IMG/VR virus record: IMGVR_UViG_3300011438_000036
Coordinates: 1-26,107 of that record
DNA: 26,107 nucleotides
From: a virus
Taxonomy: Duplodnaviria > Caudoviricetes
Reading direction: 5' to 3' (one strand)
Below the pieces are notes generated by a model. It did not search any database. It was not told the DNA's origin and saw only the letters and a list, made by a program, of their open reading frames with translations. Both the position numbers and the translations under genes were made by a program. Shown piece after piece: positions 7,499 through 15,562 of the stretch; position 1 is the stretch's first letter; every line of letters begins with the position of its first letter.

Positions 7499-7514
7499 GG
7501 AGCACAGGTCCATG
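7466..7514 (+). promoter_or_regulatory. SD-sequestering hairpin in the major capsid leader, with tandem GAG motifs
   Basis: GACCTG (7476-81) pairs with CAGGTC (7505-10) and GCTC (7486-89) with GAGC (7500-03), enclosing SD GAGGAG (7497-7502). GAGTCCC-T-GAGACC overlaps the 5' arm. Confidence 0.55.
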
Positions 7515-8471
7515 CCGCAGCCCACTCAAGGCGCCGTCCACCAAAACGTCCCCCTCGCGAACGTCTCGATCGCGTACATGCAGGACAACCGCGACTACGT
7601 CGCGACCCGCGTGTTCCCGATCGTCCCGGTCGACAAGCTGTCGAACCTGATCTACATCTTCACGAAGGGCGACTGGTTCCGCGACGAGGCGGTCAAGCGC
7701 GCACCCGCGAGTCAGTCCGCCGGCTCGGGCTACGGGGTCTCGACGACCTCGTACACGTGCGACACCTTCGCGTTCCACAAGGACGTCCCGGACGACATCC
7801 GGAAGAACGCCGACTCGGTCTTCAACATGGACCGCGAGGCGACGGAGTTCGTGACGTCGCGCCTGCTGCTCCGGCTCGAGAAGCAGTGGGTCACCGACTA
7901 CTTCACGACGTCCATCTGGGCGACCGACTCGACGCCCGCGGCGCTGTGGAGCGACTACGCCAACTCCGACCCGGTCGGCGATGTGCGGACCGCGATCCGG
8001 ACGATCAAGCTCAACACGGGCAAGACGCCGAACAAGTTCGTCCTCGGCTACGACGTGTTCATCAAGCTGGTCGACCACCCGGACATCCTCGCGCGCATCA
8101 ACGGCGGCGCGACGAACAGCCAGCCGGCGCTCGTCAACGAAGAGATGCTCGCGCGCATCTTCGGCGTCGACGAGGTCATGGTGTGCGGCGCCATCAACAA
8201 CACCGCGGCCGAAGGCGCGACGGTCGTGATGGCGTTCGTGCAGGGCAAGCACGCGCTGCTCGTGCACGTGCCGCCCGCGCCCGGACTGCTCACGCCGTCG
8301 GCCGGCTACACGTTCCTCTGGACCGGCATCTCGACGACGGGCCAGACGGTCGGCGTGCGGAAGTTTCGTATGGAAGACCTTAAGGCGGACCGCGTCGAAG
8401 GCGAGATCGCGTTCGACAACAAAGTCATGGGCACGGACCTCGGCTACTTCTTCGCGAGCGTGGTGGCGTAA
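7512..8471 (+). CDS. major capsid protein (lambda gpE-like family, HK97 fold inferred)
   Basis: 319 aa, position, strong SD and biased codons. Motifs LANVSIAY, VFPIVPV, WSDYANSDPVGD, PNKFVLG, HPDILARI, GYFFASVV. Confidence 0.92.
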   Translation: MPQPTQGAVHQNVPLANVSIAYMQDNRDYVATRVFPIVPVDKLSNLIYIFTKGDWFRDEAVKRAPASQSAGSGYGVSTTSYTCDTFAFHKDVPDDIRKNADSVFNMDREATEFVTSRLLLRLEKQWVTDYFTTSIWATDSTPAALWSDYANSDPVGDVRTAIRTIKLNTGKTPNKFVLGYDVFIKLVDHPDILARINGGATNSQPALVNEEMLARIFGVDEVMVCGAINNTAAEGATVVMAFVQGKHALLVHVPPAPGLLTPSAGYTFLWTGISTTGQTVGVRKFRMEDLKADRVEGEIAFDNKVMGTDLGYFFASVVA

Positions 8472-8707
8472 TGCCGACCTTTGTCGTCATTCGCCGCGAG
8501 TTCTCCGGCTATCAGGCGGGCCAGGTCGTCGACGCGTCGACCTGGCGCAACCTGAAAAACCTCTTGTCCTGCCGCCACGTGCGGGAGGCCACGGCCGACG
8601 AGATCGCGCAGCACGAGCTCGCGCGCGTGACCGCGCCGGAAGCGGCGCCGAAGACCGCCAGGCGACGGCGCCGCGCGGCGCCGAAGACCGCCACGATCCC
8701 GGCGTAA
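8471..8707 (+). CDS. small basic head-associated hypothetical protein
   Basis: TAATG coupling to the capsid gene; Arg-rich tail AAPKTA-RRRRR-AAPKTA. Confidence 0.65.
   Translation: MPTFVVIRREFSGYQAGQVVDASTWRNLKNLLSCRHVREATADEIAQHELARVTAPEAAPKTARRRRRAAPKTATIPA
8642..8693 (+). repeat. 19-bp direct repeat
   Basis: GCGGCGCCGAAGACCGCCA at 8642-8660 and 8675-8693. Confidence 0.8.
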
Positions 8708-8714
8708 CCACGCT

Positions 8715-9167
8715 ATGGGTCTCGGCTCCAAGAAACTCACCGCCGGCGCGAGGCGGTTCGCCGTCCTCACGCTGACCACGATCACGACGGCCGTGACCGG
8801 CGTCACGACGAACGGTGGGCCGTGGGGGGACCTGACCGACATCGTCGTCGCCACGTTTCAGGCGACGTTCACATACGGCTCGGGCGGCACGACCGCGAAG
8901 TTCTGGCTGCAGACGTCCTTCGACGCCGGCGTCACCTGGGTCGACGTCGCGAACTTCGCCTTCACCACGTCGACGGCGCGGACGATTCACAGCGTGCGCA
9001 GCGCGACGGCGGTCGCCGCGACCTACGTGGCCACCGACGGGACGCTCGCCGACAACACCATCAAGGACGGGCTGCTGGGCGACCGGCTGCGCGTGAAGTA
9101 CACGACGACCGGCACGTACGCCGGCGGCACCACGATTCAGATCGACGTCGTCACGAAGGCCTCGTAG
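8715..9167 (+). CDS. putative virion structural protein (beta-rich)
   Basis: Thr/Gly-rich, LQTSFDAGVTWVDV and RLRVKYT pattern of small beta-sandwich virion proteins; phage-like codon usage. Confidence 0.65.
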   Translation: MGLGSKKLTAGARRFAVLTLTTITTAVTGVTTNGGPWGDLTDIVVATFQATFTYGSGGTTAKFWLQTSFDAGVTWVDVANFAFTTSTARTIHSVRSATAVAATYVATDGTLADNTIKDGLLGDRLRVKYTTTGTYAGGTTIQIDVVTKAS

Positions 9168-9229
9168 GTCCTGAGCAGCTCGCTCGAGCCTTTCGGGTGG
9201 ACGAGGCGCCCGAATAAAGGAGTCCGGGA

Positions 9230-9595
9230 ATGGGAATCACCAGTAAACAGCGCGGCCGGCAGATCTTCGCGGGCGGATTCACGCCGCTCGTCACGGCCTA
9301 CGCCGCCGACGGCGCGATCGCGGCCGACACGGATCGGGTGGCGCTGATGACCAAGGCGGGCGTCGGGGCGTACACCCTGGCGGCGCCGGCGCGCGATGGC
9401 ATCCGCCTCAACATCATCAGCCGCACGGCCAACGCCCACGTCATCACGGCGACCGCGCTGGTCGACGACGGCGTGACCGGCGGCGCGAAGACCACGATGA
9501 CCTGCACGGGCGGCTTCGTGGGGAGCTCGATCGAGCTCCTCTCCTACGGCGGCAAGTGGAACGTCGTGAGCAAGAACGTGGTGGCCATCACCTAA
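9230..9595 (+). CDS. putative virion structural/decoration protein
   Basis: AAAGGAG SD; beta-rich, with YTLAAP..DG and a terminal GKWNVV pattern. Confidence 0.65.
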   Translation: MGITSKQRGRQIFAGGFTPLVTAYAADGAIAADTDRVALMTKAGVGAYTLAAPARDGIRLNIISRTANAHVITATALVDDGVTGGAKTTMTCTGGFVGSSIELLSYGGKWNVVSKNVVAIT

Positions 9596-9600
9596 CGCCG

Positions 9601-10077
9601 ATGCCGGACCACTACTGCACCATCGAGGACATCAACGGTCTGAACCCGCAGGTCCCGTTCGGGCCTGCGAGCAAGCCGTCGTCCGTCCTCGTGGAGAAGT
9701 TCATCGAGAACATTGCCGTCGAGATCGACGCGACGCTGGCCCCGATGGGTTATGTCACGCCGGTCGTCACCGGGGCGAACGCGCTGAACATCCTCCGCCT
9801 CCGGTGCGCGCAGGGGGCGCTCGGCCTGGCGATCGCGGTGCGGGAGTCCGGGGTCGCGCGTGCGAGCGAGGTTGCGAAGTCAAACCTATGGACGCAGCTG
9901 TTCGAGGCGTGGCTGAAGAAGCTGGGGAATCCCCAGGACGGGTACGAGTTGCCCGATGCGCCGCGGACGTCCGACCCGCTGCTCAAGTCCGGCGAGGACG
10001 TCTTCCGCAGCCACGTCGACAGCGACGTCGAGCGGTTTGTCACGAGCCCGGAGATCACCCGTGACCAGAGGCTCTGA
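9601..10077 (+). CDS. head-tail adaptor (Mu gp36/SPP1 gp15-like)
   Basis: N-terminal YCTIEDI, EIDATLAPMGYVTPV, position in the neck region. ATG 9601 preferred. Confidence 0.7.
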   Translation: MPDHYCTIEDINGLNPQVPFGPASKPSSVLVEKFIENIAVEIDATLAPMGYVTPVVTGANALNILRLRCAQGALGLAIAVRESGVARASEVAKSNLWTQLFEAWLKKLGNPQDGYELPDAPRTSDPLLKSGEDVFRSHVDSDVERFVTSPEITRDQRL

Positions 10078-10571
10078 TGCCGAGCGGGTCGATCGAGGCG
10101 GTCAAGGAGTCGCTGCAGCGCTGGCTCCGCTCGAGCCGGTTCGTCGATGCGATCGCCGCGGTCGATGCGCAGGCGGTCGCCGAGGGGCGGGACGACAACA
10201 CGCGCGCGACGCCCGTGCCGGACGCCGACGCCATCTTCACGACGGAGAAGCACTCGCTCGCGAAGTATCCGGCCGTCGAGCTCGTGAATGTCCGGGTCGC
10301 GTACGCGCCGGACACGGAAGCGAAGATTCGGGCGATCGAACTGGGCGTCGTCTTCTCGCAGGCGGGCGATGACGAGGCGCTCGTGACGCGCGACGTCGAG
10401 CGGCTCATCGAGGCGGCCGGCCAACTACTGCGCGGCTCGTTCCTCGACACGCGCGACGGCATCAAGCGGATCGAGCTCGCGAGCGAGGACTACAGCGAGC
10501 TCACGCCGGGTCAGGGCGGGACGTTCTTGCGCGGCGGCGAGCTGCGCCTGGCGATCGCGACGATCACGTAG
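10077..10571 (+). CDS. putative neck/tail terminator protein
   Basis: TGATG coupling, size, YPAVEL motif and position. Confidence 0.5.
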   Translation: MPSGSIEAVKESLQRWLRSSRFVDAIAAVDAQAVAEGRDDNTRATPVPDADAIFTTEKHSLAKYPAVELVNVRVAYAPDTEAKIRAIELGVVFSQAGDDEALVTRDVERLIEAAGQLLRGSFLDTRDGIKRIELASEDYSELTPGQGGTFLRGGELRLAIATIT

Positions 10572-10583
10572 GGAGATCTCGAT

Positions 10584-10937
10584 ATGGCGGTGCTGGCAGT
10601 CTCACAGATCCTGATCACCAAGATCGCGCAGACCCTCGCGGCCGCGGCGGGCGGGGGCGACAGCTTCCCGAACACCGGCAAGGAAGTCTTCGCCATTCGC
10701 AACGCCGGCAGCTCGATCACCCTCACGGCCGTCGCGAGCGGCGCGGTGTGCAACTACGGCCTCGCCGCCTCGACGGCCCATGACCAGGTGATCACGGTGC
10801 CGAACGACTCGGTCGTCTACCTCATCGGGCCGTTCCCGACGTTGCGGTTCAACGACAGCAACGGCCGGGTGCAGTTCACCTATTCCGCCGTCACGAGCGT
10901 GACGGTCGCCGTCTTCAGTTTGCCGCCGGCCGCGTAA
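10584..10937 (+). CDS. putative virion structural protein (beta-sandwich)
   Basis: GGGAG SD; GDSFPNTG, IGPFP..RFND.NG and TYSAVTSVTVAV pattern seen in small tail-region proteins. Confidence 0.65.
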   Translation: MAVLAVSQILITKIAQTLAAAAGGGDSFPNTGKEVFAIRNAGSSITLTAVASGAVCNYGLAASTAHDQVITVPNDSVVYLIGPFPTLRFNDSNGRVQFTYSAVTSVTVAVFSLPPAA

Positions 10938-10947
10938 GGAGACCCCG

Positions 10948-11364
10948 ATGCCGCGCTATCGCGTCCGTCAAGCGTTCCGTCACGAAGGCGTCGAGCTGTT
11001 GCCCGGCACCAGCGTCGATCTGCCCCGTCGCCTCGCGAATGAGTTGTCGCATCTCGTCGACGAGGTCGACCGCACGGGCAAAGTCCTCACGGGCGGCACG
11101 CCGGCGTGGACGCAGGCGCTCGATGGCGTGCGCGAGCACGAGAAGGCGTCCGTCCTCACGGACGAGCGCGTGAAGGCGGTCGCTGCCGTCCAGCGCGCGC
11201 AGCTGCTGGCCGAGGAGACCGCGGCGGACGCGAAGCAGGCGGCCGCGCAGTATCTGACGGCGCAGGCCGTCGTCGACGACATCGACCGCGCCGTCGAGGC
11301 GCTCTCTGGCCCGCCGGCAAAGCCGGTCGCCGTTCCCGCGCCGAAGTCCGGCGCCAAGGAGTAA
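10948..11364 (+). CDS. hypothetical protein with coiled-coil C-terminus
   Basis: TAAGGAG SD; N-terminal YRVRQAFRHEGVELLPG module; Ala-rich helix. Confidence 0.7.
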   Translation: MPRYRVRQAFRHEGVELLPGTSVDLPRRLANELSHLVDEVDRTGKVLTGGTPAWTQALDGVREHEKASVLTDERVKAVAAVQRAQLLAEETAADAKQAAAQYLTAQAVVDDIDRAVEALSGPPAKPVAVPAPKSGAKE

Positions 11365-11367
11365 GTC

Positions 11368-11961
11368 ATGTCTGTTGACGCCAGCAAGATCCACATGGGC
11401 CAGGCCCGCGTGTTCGTGGGCGGCACGAACCCGACGACCGGGACGCCCCCGACCCTCGCGGCGCATACCGCCGGCGTGCCGAGCGGCGCGCAGAGCGCCT
11501 TCGTCGATCTCGGCTTCACGCAGGGCGACACGACCTTCGAGATCATGGTCGAGAAGGGCCAGGTCAAAGCGGAACAGTCGCTCGCGACCGTCGCGCTCTT
11601 CACGGTCGGCGTCGCCGTGAAACTGCGCGGCACGATGCTCGAGCGCAACTACACGGCGCTCAAGCTCGCGATCGACGCGTGCATGTCGAGCGTCGACGAC
11701 GGATCGAAGACGCTCTTCTACGGCGGCGGCGGCACGGGCGTCCTCGCGCCGGCCACCCAGGGCGTGATGTTCACGGCGATTCAGCCGCAGGCCCCGACGA
11801 AGTACTTCGTCGGCGTCATCTACAAGGCCTTCACGCTGAAGGGCTTCTCGCTGACGTTCAACAAGGCGAAGGAATCCGTGATTCCGTTCGAGCTCGAGGG
11901 CATGACGGACAGCGCGCGGAACGCCGGCGACGATCTCTTCCAGTTCTTCATCGAGAAGTAA
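11368..11961 (+). CDS. major tail tube protein
   Basis: AAGGAG SD; KIHMGQARVFVG, DLGFTQG and FNKAKESVIPFELEG are typical siphovirus tube features; no sheath gene nearby. Confidence 0.8.
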   Translation: MSVDASKIHMGQARVFVGGTNPTTGTPPTLAAHTAGVPSGAQSAFVDLGFTQGDTTFEIMVEKGQVKAEQSLATVALFTVGVAVKLRGTMLERNYTALKLAIDACMSSVDDGSKTLFYGGGGTGVLAPATQGVMFTAIQPQAPTKYFVGVIYKAFTLKGFSLTFNKAKESVIPFELEGMTDSARNAGDDLFQFFIEK

Positions 11962-12513
11962 ATGGCGGGCGCGGTTGGACCTGGCACGCATGGGCTCACG
12001 TTCCGGCTGGAGATTCCCGGCGCGCAGCCGCTCGCGTTCGCCCTCTCGCGCTTCGCGCACGAGATCCAGGACTTCGTCCCGTTCTGGGAGGGCCCGTTCA
12101 AGACGCTCTGGTTCGCGAGTCGCAAGCAGGCCTTCGCGCTCGGCGGCGAGCCGGGCGGCCGGCTCTGGGCGCCGCTCTCCGACCGCTATCGCCAGTGGAA
12201 GCACCGGCACTACCCCGGCGCCGGCCCGCTCGTGCAAAGCGGACGGATGAAGGCGTCGATCACGACGCCGGACGCCTACGGATCGATCTGGCGGCCTGGC
12301 CGGCAGTCGCTCGAACTCGGATCGTACGTGCGATCCCGCGGGCTCTATCCGTATCCCGTCGCGCATCAACACGGCACCCGGCGCATGCCGGCGCGGCTGC
12401 CGCTCGCGCTCTCGCCCGGCATGGCTGGCGCGATCGCGAAGGACCTGCAGCGGCACGTCGTGCAGGCCTGGGTGAAACGGCGACGCGCGGAACGTGTCCT
12501 TAACCCGTCATGA
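11962..12513 (+). CDS. tail completion / virion morphogenesis protein (Mu gpG, P2 gpS-like)
   Basis: WAPLS, LVQSGRMKASI and YPVAHQHGTRRMPAR motifs. Confidence 0.8.
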   Translation: MAGAVGPGTHGLTFRLEIPGAQPLAFALSRFAHEIQDFVPFWEGPFKTLWFASRKQAFALGGEPGGRLWAPLSDRYRQWKHRHYPGAGPLVQSGRMKASITTPDAYGSIWRPGRQSLELGSYVRSRGLYPYPVAHQHGTRRMPARLPLALSPGMAGAIAKDLQRHVVQAWVKRRRAERVLNPS

Positions 12514-12528
12514 CCGGAGAGCTACCAG

Positions 12529-13062
12529 ATGGCCGACCCCACCGAGATCCCCCAGACCGCTGACCAGTTGCGCGCGAAGTTCGGCGCAGAGATCCTCGTC
12601 CCGCTGCCTGGTGGCGGCGCGTGGCGCTGCCGGCGGCCCGACATTAAAACGCTGCTCTTCGAGGACATCCTCTCGATGCCGGTGCTCGAGCAGGTGCTCG
12701 CGGATCTGCGCCCGCATGAGAACGGCAAGGACAAGACGCTGCAGGACCTCATCGAGGAGCCCGCGGCCGCGTCGCGCACGGGCGACTTCGTCCGGCGCTG
12801 GCTCACGCTCGCCGCGAAGAGTCCGCGCATCGTGCTCGAGGAGACGGACGCCGGGCCCGACGCGCTCTGGGTGCAGGACGTCCCGATCAATGTCCGCATG
12901 GCCATCTTTAACGCGACGTTCTGGGACGTGACGCCGGCGGCCGGGAGTGCGCCGGCGGCCGCGGCCTTTCCTAAAGGCCCCGCTGGGCCAGTTGCTGCGG
13001 GAGACGGCGCGGACGTATCACGTGCGCCCGAGCGCGCTGATGCACCTGACGGATCCCGTTGA
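12529..13062 (+). CDS. tail assembly chaperone (G-like)
   Basis: GGAG SD; lies between tube and tape measure genes; overlaps a second frame at its 3' end. Confidence 0.75.
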   Translation: MADPTEIPQTADQLRAKFGAEILVPLPGGGAWRCRRPDIKTLLFEDILSMPVLEQVLADLRPHENGKDKTLQDLIEEPAAASRTGDFVRRWLTLAAKSPRIVLEETDAGPDALWVQDVPINVRMAIFNATFWDVTPAAGSAPAAAAFPKGPAGPVAAGDGADVSRAPERADAPDGSR

Positions 13063-13201
13063 GGCACTCGACATGGATCTCGCGGCCATCGAACGCGATC
13101 GCGCGGACCGCCTCGAGGCGCGGAACGCGCTCGTCGACTTTGCGTGTGCGAGTGACGACCCGAAGACCGCGCTGCTGCTGGCGCTCCTGATTCGAGACTG
13201 A
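12968..13201 (+). CDS. T-like extension of the tail chaperone, reached by a putative +1 frameshift
   Basis: Open +1 frame FLKAPLGQLLRETARTYHVRPSAL...LLIRD ends 3 nt before the tape measure ATG and has no good start or SD. Confidence 0.65.
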   Translation, partial: FLKAPLGQLLRETARTYHVRPSALMHLTDPVEALDMDLAAIERDRADRLEARNALVDFACASDDPKTALLLALLIRD

Positions 13202-13204
13202 CCG

Positions 13205-15562
13205 ATGGGACTGACCGAAGATCTCCTGCTGCGCATCTCGGGCGAGGCGAAGGGCGCCGGCGACGCGCTCTCCGCGACGTCGAAGGGGGTGCTCGGCCTG
13301 GCCGAGGGCGCCGGCCTCGCGAATAACTCCTTCGTCAGCCTGGCCGCCGGCGTGGCGACGGGCACGATCGCCGTCGACGCGATCGGCAAGGTCGTCAATG
13401 AAGTCAAGCAGTTCGTCATCAGTTCCCTGGACGAGTGGAGCAAGCAGGAACTCGCGATCCGCCGCGTCGAGACGGCGATGGTCGCGCAGGGCACCGGGTC
13501 CAAGGCGCTGATCCGCGCCAACCTCGAGCTCGGCGAACAGTTCGCGCGCACGACCGTCTTCGCCGACGACGAGCTGCAGGCGATGACGGCCCTGCTCATC
13601 CAGGTCGGCAACGTCGGCCCGAAGGAGATGGAGAAGGCGCTGCAGGCCTCGACCGATCTCGCCGCCGGCCTCGGCGTCGATCTGCGCAGCGCGACGATGC
13701 TCGTCGCGAAGGCCTTCGAAGGCAACACCGACGCGCTCAAGCGGTACGGGATCGTCGTCGACGAGACGCAACTCAAGGCGAAGGGCGTCGCCGCCGTCCT
13801 CGAGGCGATTCAGGCGAAGTTCGGGGGCCAGGCGGCGGCCGAGGTCGACACGTACTCCGGTCGCGTGAAGCAGATCGGGAAGTCGTGGGACGAGGTCAAG
13901 GAGTCCGTCGGCGAGGGCCTCGCGCGCGCCGCCGCGCCGGGGCTGGCCCTCGCGACCGTCACCCTCGACGTGTACAACATTGCGCTGAAGAACGCCTTCC
14001 GCGAGCTCAACATGGCGCTTGATTTCTTTGAGGCCAACGAAAAAGCCAAGATCGCCGTCGTCAAATCCGCATGGCAGGACCTGCTTGCCTTGCCCGGGTT
14101 CGTGAAATACGGTCTCGGGTTCGGGCCGATGCCGGTCACGCCACAACCGGGCAAGCCGCGCCAGGGCGACATCGATCTCGCCCTCGCGGATACCCCGACC
14201 GGACCCGACAGCGTCGCGCGACTGGCCGCGGCGCGCAAGGAGCTCGATGCGCTGACGGCGTCGACGGTCGCCAAGATTAAAGCCGACCGCGAGCTCGGCG
14301 CGACCGACGACCTGCTCATGAAGACCTACGAGCTCTCGGGCGATGCCGTCCACATCCTGAACGGCTATCTGTCGGAGCGGGAGAAGAAGACGAAGGCCAC
14401 GGCGAAGGCCACGGCGAAGGCCACGGACGAGGAGAATGCGGTGCTGGTGAAGTCCAGCGCGCTGCTCCGCGACAACGCCATCAGCCTCCAGGAGTTTTTG
14501 AACACGCCGATTCGTCGCTACTTGACCGACGCCGGGGCCGCGACCGCGTCGTGGGCCGACTCGGTGCGGGTGCTCAACGGCCAGCTCGAGTACACAAACC
14601 TCTATCTCCCCGTCAGCACCACCGGCATGCAGGACTTCCTGAACACGGCCGTCAAGAACAAGGCCGCGACGGTCGATTGGGCGCAGTCGCTGGGCGGCCT
14701 GGGCGCGCAGATCGTGCAGATGTCGCAGGTCACGCGCGGCGCATTTTCGAACGTCCTCAGCGAGATCGGTCGCGGGATCACGGCGATCCAGATGTTCGAC
14801 ACCGGCATCCGCACCACGCAGAGCGCCTTCGAGGCGATGTCGCAGGCCGGAAAAATGTCGTTCTCCGGCCTGATGAGCGCCGGCACGGGGATCCTCAGCC
14901 TCTTCTCGAGCATCGTGTCGATGATTCCCGGCCAGTCGCCGGAAGTCTCGATGCAGGAAGGGCTCCTCAAACAGATCGGCATCTACGGCGGCACCGTCGA
15001 CCTGAAGGGGCTGTTCGACGTCTTCGGGAAGAGCGGCAACACGATCGGCAAGGGCGCGGGCAATGTCCAGCAAGCGAACAGCTACCTGCAGGCGCTGCTC
15101 GAGACCCTCGGCCCGAACCCGAGCGAGTTCGCGAAGATGTATGTGGCGCTCGTCCAGAACAAGATCCCGGTCGGCCTCGTGTCCGGGCACCAGGCGAAGA
15201 ATCCGAACCAGGGCGGCTGGTACGACGAGGACGAGACGCTCGAGTACTTCCGCTTCCTGCTCAAGCAGAAGGGCGTGCCTGGCTTCCGGCTCGGCGGCCT
15301 CGGCGACTTCGGTCCGGAGGGCACACTGGCGATGCTGCACGGCCGCGAGGCGAACGTGCCGCTCGACAAGCTCGGCCAGTTCATGAACGCGGCGGAGAAG
15401 GCCGCGCTCGGCCGCGAGCGCAGCGCGCCGAACATCGTCGTCCCCGTCGACGCGCGCGGGGCGCATTTCCGCGATCGCCAGTCCATCCGTGACCTGGCCG
15501 ACCTGGTCGCCGACGCGATCATGGAGCGGCAGCATCAGCTCTATCCGGTGACGGCCCGATGA
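13205..15562 (+). CDS. tail tape measure protein
   Basis: 785 aa, Ala/Gly-rich and helical; DLAAGLGVDL..A...VAKA..G...ALKRYGI core; C-terminal PGFRLGG..GTLAMLHGRE..VPL motif. Confidence 0.93.
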   Translation: MGLTEDLLLRISGEAKGAGDALSATSKGVLGLAEGAGLANNSFVSLAAGVATGTIAVDAIGKVVNEVKQFVISSLDEWSKQELAIRRVETAMVAQGTGSKALIRANLELGEQFARTTVFADDELQAMTALLIQVGNVGPKEMEKALQASTDLAAGLGVDLRSATMLVAKAFEGNTDALKRYGIVVDETQLKAKGVAAVLEAIQAKFGGQAAAEVDTYSGRVKQIGKSWDEVKESVGEGLARAAAPGLALATVTLDVYNIALKNAFRELNMALDFFEANEKAKIAVVKSAWQDLLALPGFVKYGLGFGPMPVTPQPGKPRQGDIDLALADTPTGPDSVARLAAARKELDALTASTVAKIKADRELGATDDLLMKTYELSGDAVHILNGYLSEREKKTKATAKATAKATDEENAVLVKSSALLRDNAISLQEFLNTPIRRYLTDAGAATASWADSVRVLNGQLEYTNLYLPVSTTGMQDFLNTAVKNKAATVDWAQSLGGLGAQIVQMSQVTRGAFSNVLSEIGRGITAIQMFDTGIRTTQSAFEAMSQAGKMSFSGLMSAGTGILSLFSSIVSMIPGQSPEVSMQEGLLKQIGIYGGTVDLKGLFDVFGKSGNTIGKGAGNVQQANSYLQALLETLGPNPSEFAKMYVALVQNKIPVGLVSGHQAKNPNQGGWYDEDETLEYFRFLLKQKGVPGFRLGGLGDFGPEGTLAMLHGREANVPLDKLGQFMNAAEKAALGRERSAPNIVVPVDARGAHFRDRQSIRDLADLVADAIMERQHQLYPVTAR
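14391..14426 (+). repeat. 3 x 12-bp perfect tandem repeat in the tape measure gene
   Basis: CGAAGGCCACGG three times, encoding KATA-KATA-KAT. Confidence 0.85.

Noticed and set aside
2660-12513. Transposable Mu-like phage or contractile tail, suggested by the Mu-type head genes and com
   Set aside because: There is no sheath or wedge gene, and the tRNA-derived att core points to site-specific integration; Mu-type head modules are widespread in non-transposable phages.
14391-14426. CRISPR-like array
   Set aside because: In-frame tandem coding repeat without spacers; no CRISPR array or cas gene was seen in the window.
12971-15535. 854-aa minus-strand ORF opposite the tape measure gene
   Set aside because: Same shadow effect, with no SD or domain signal.
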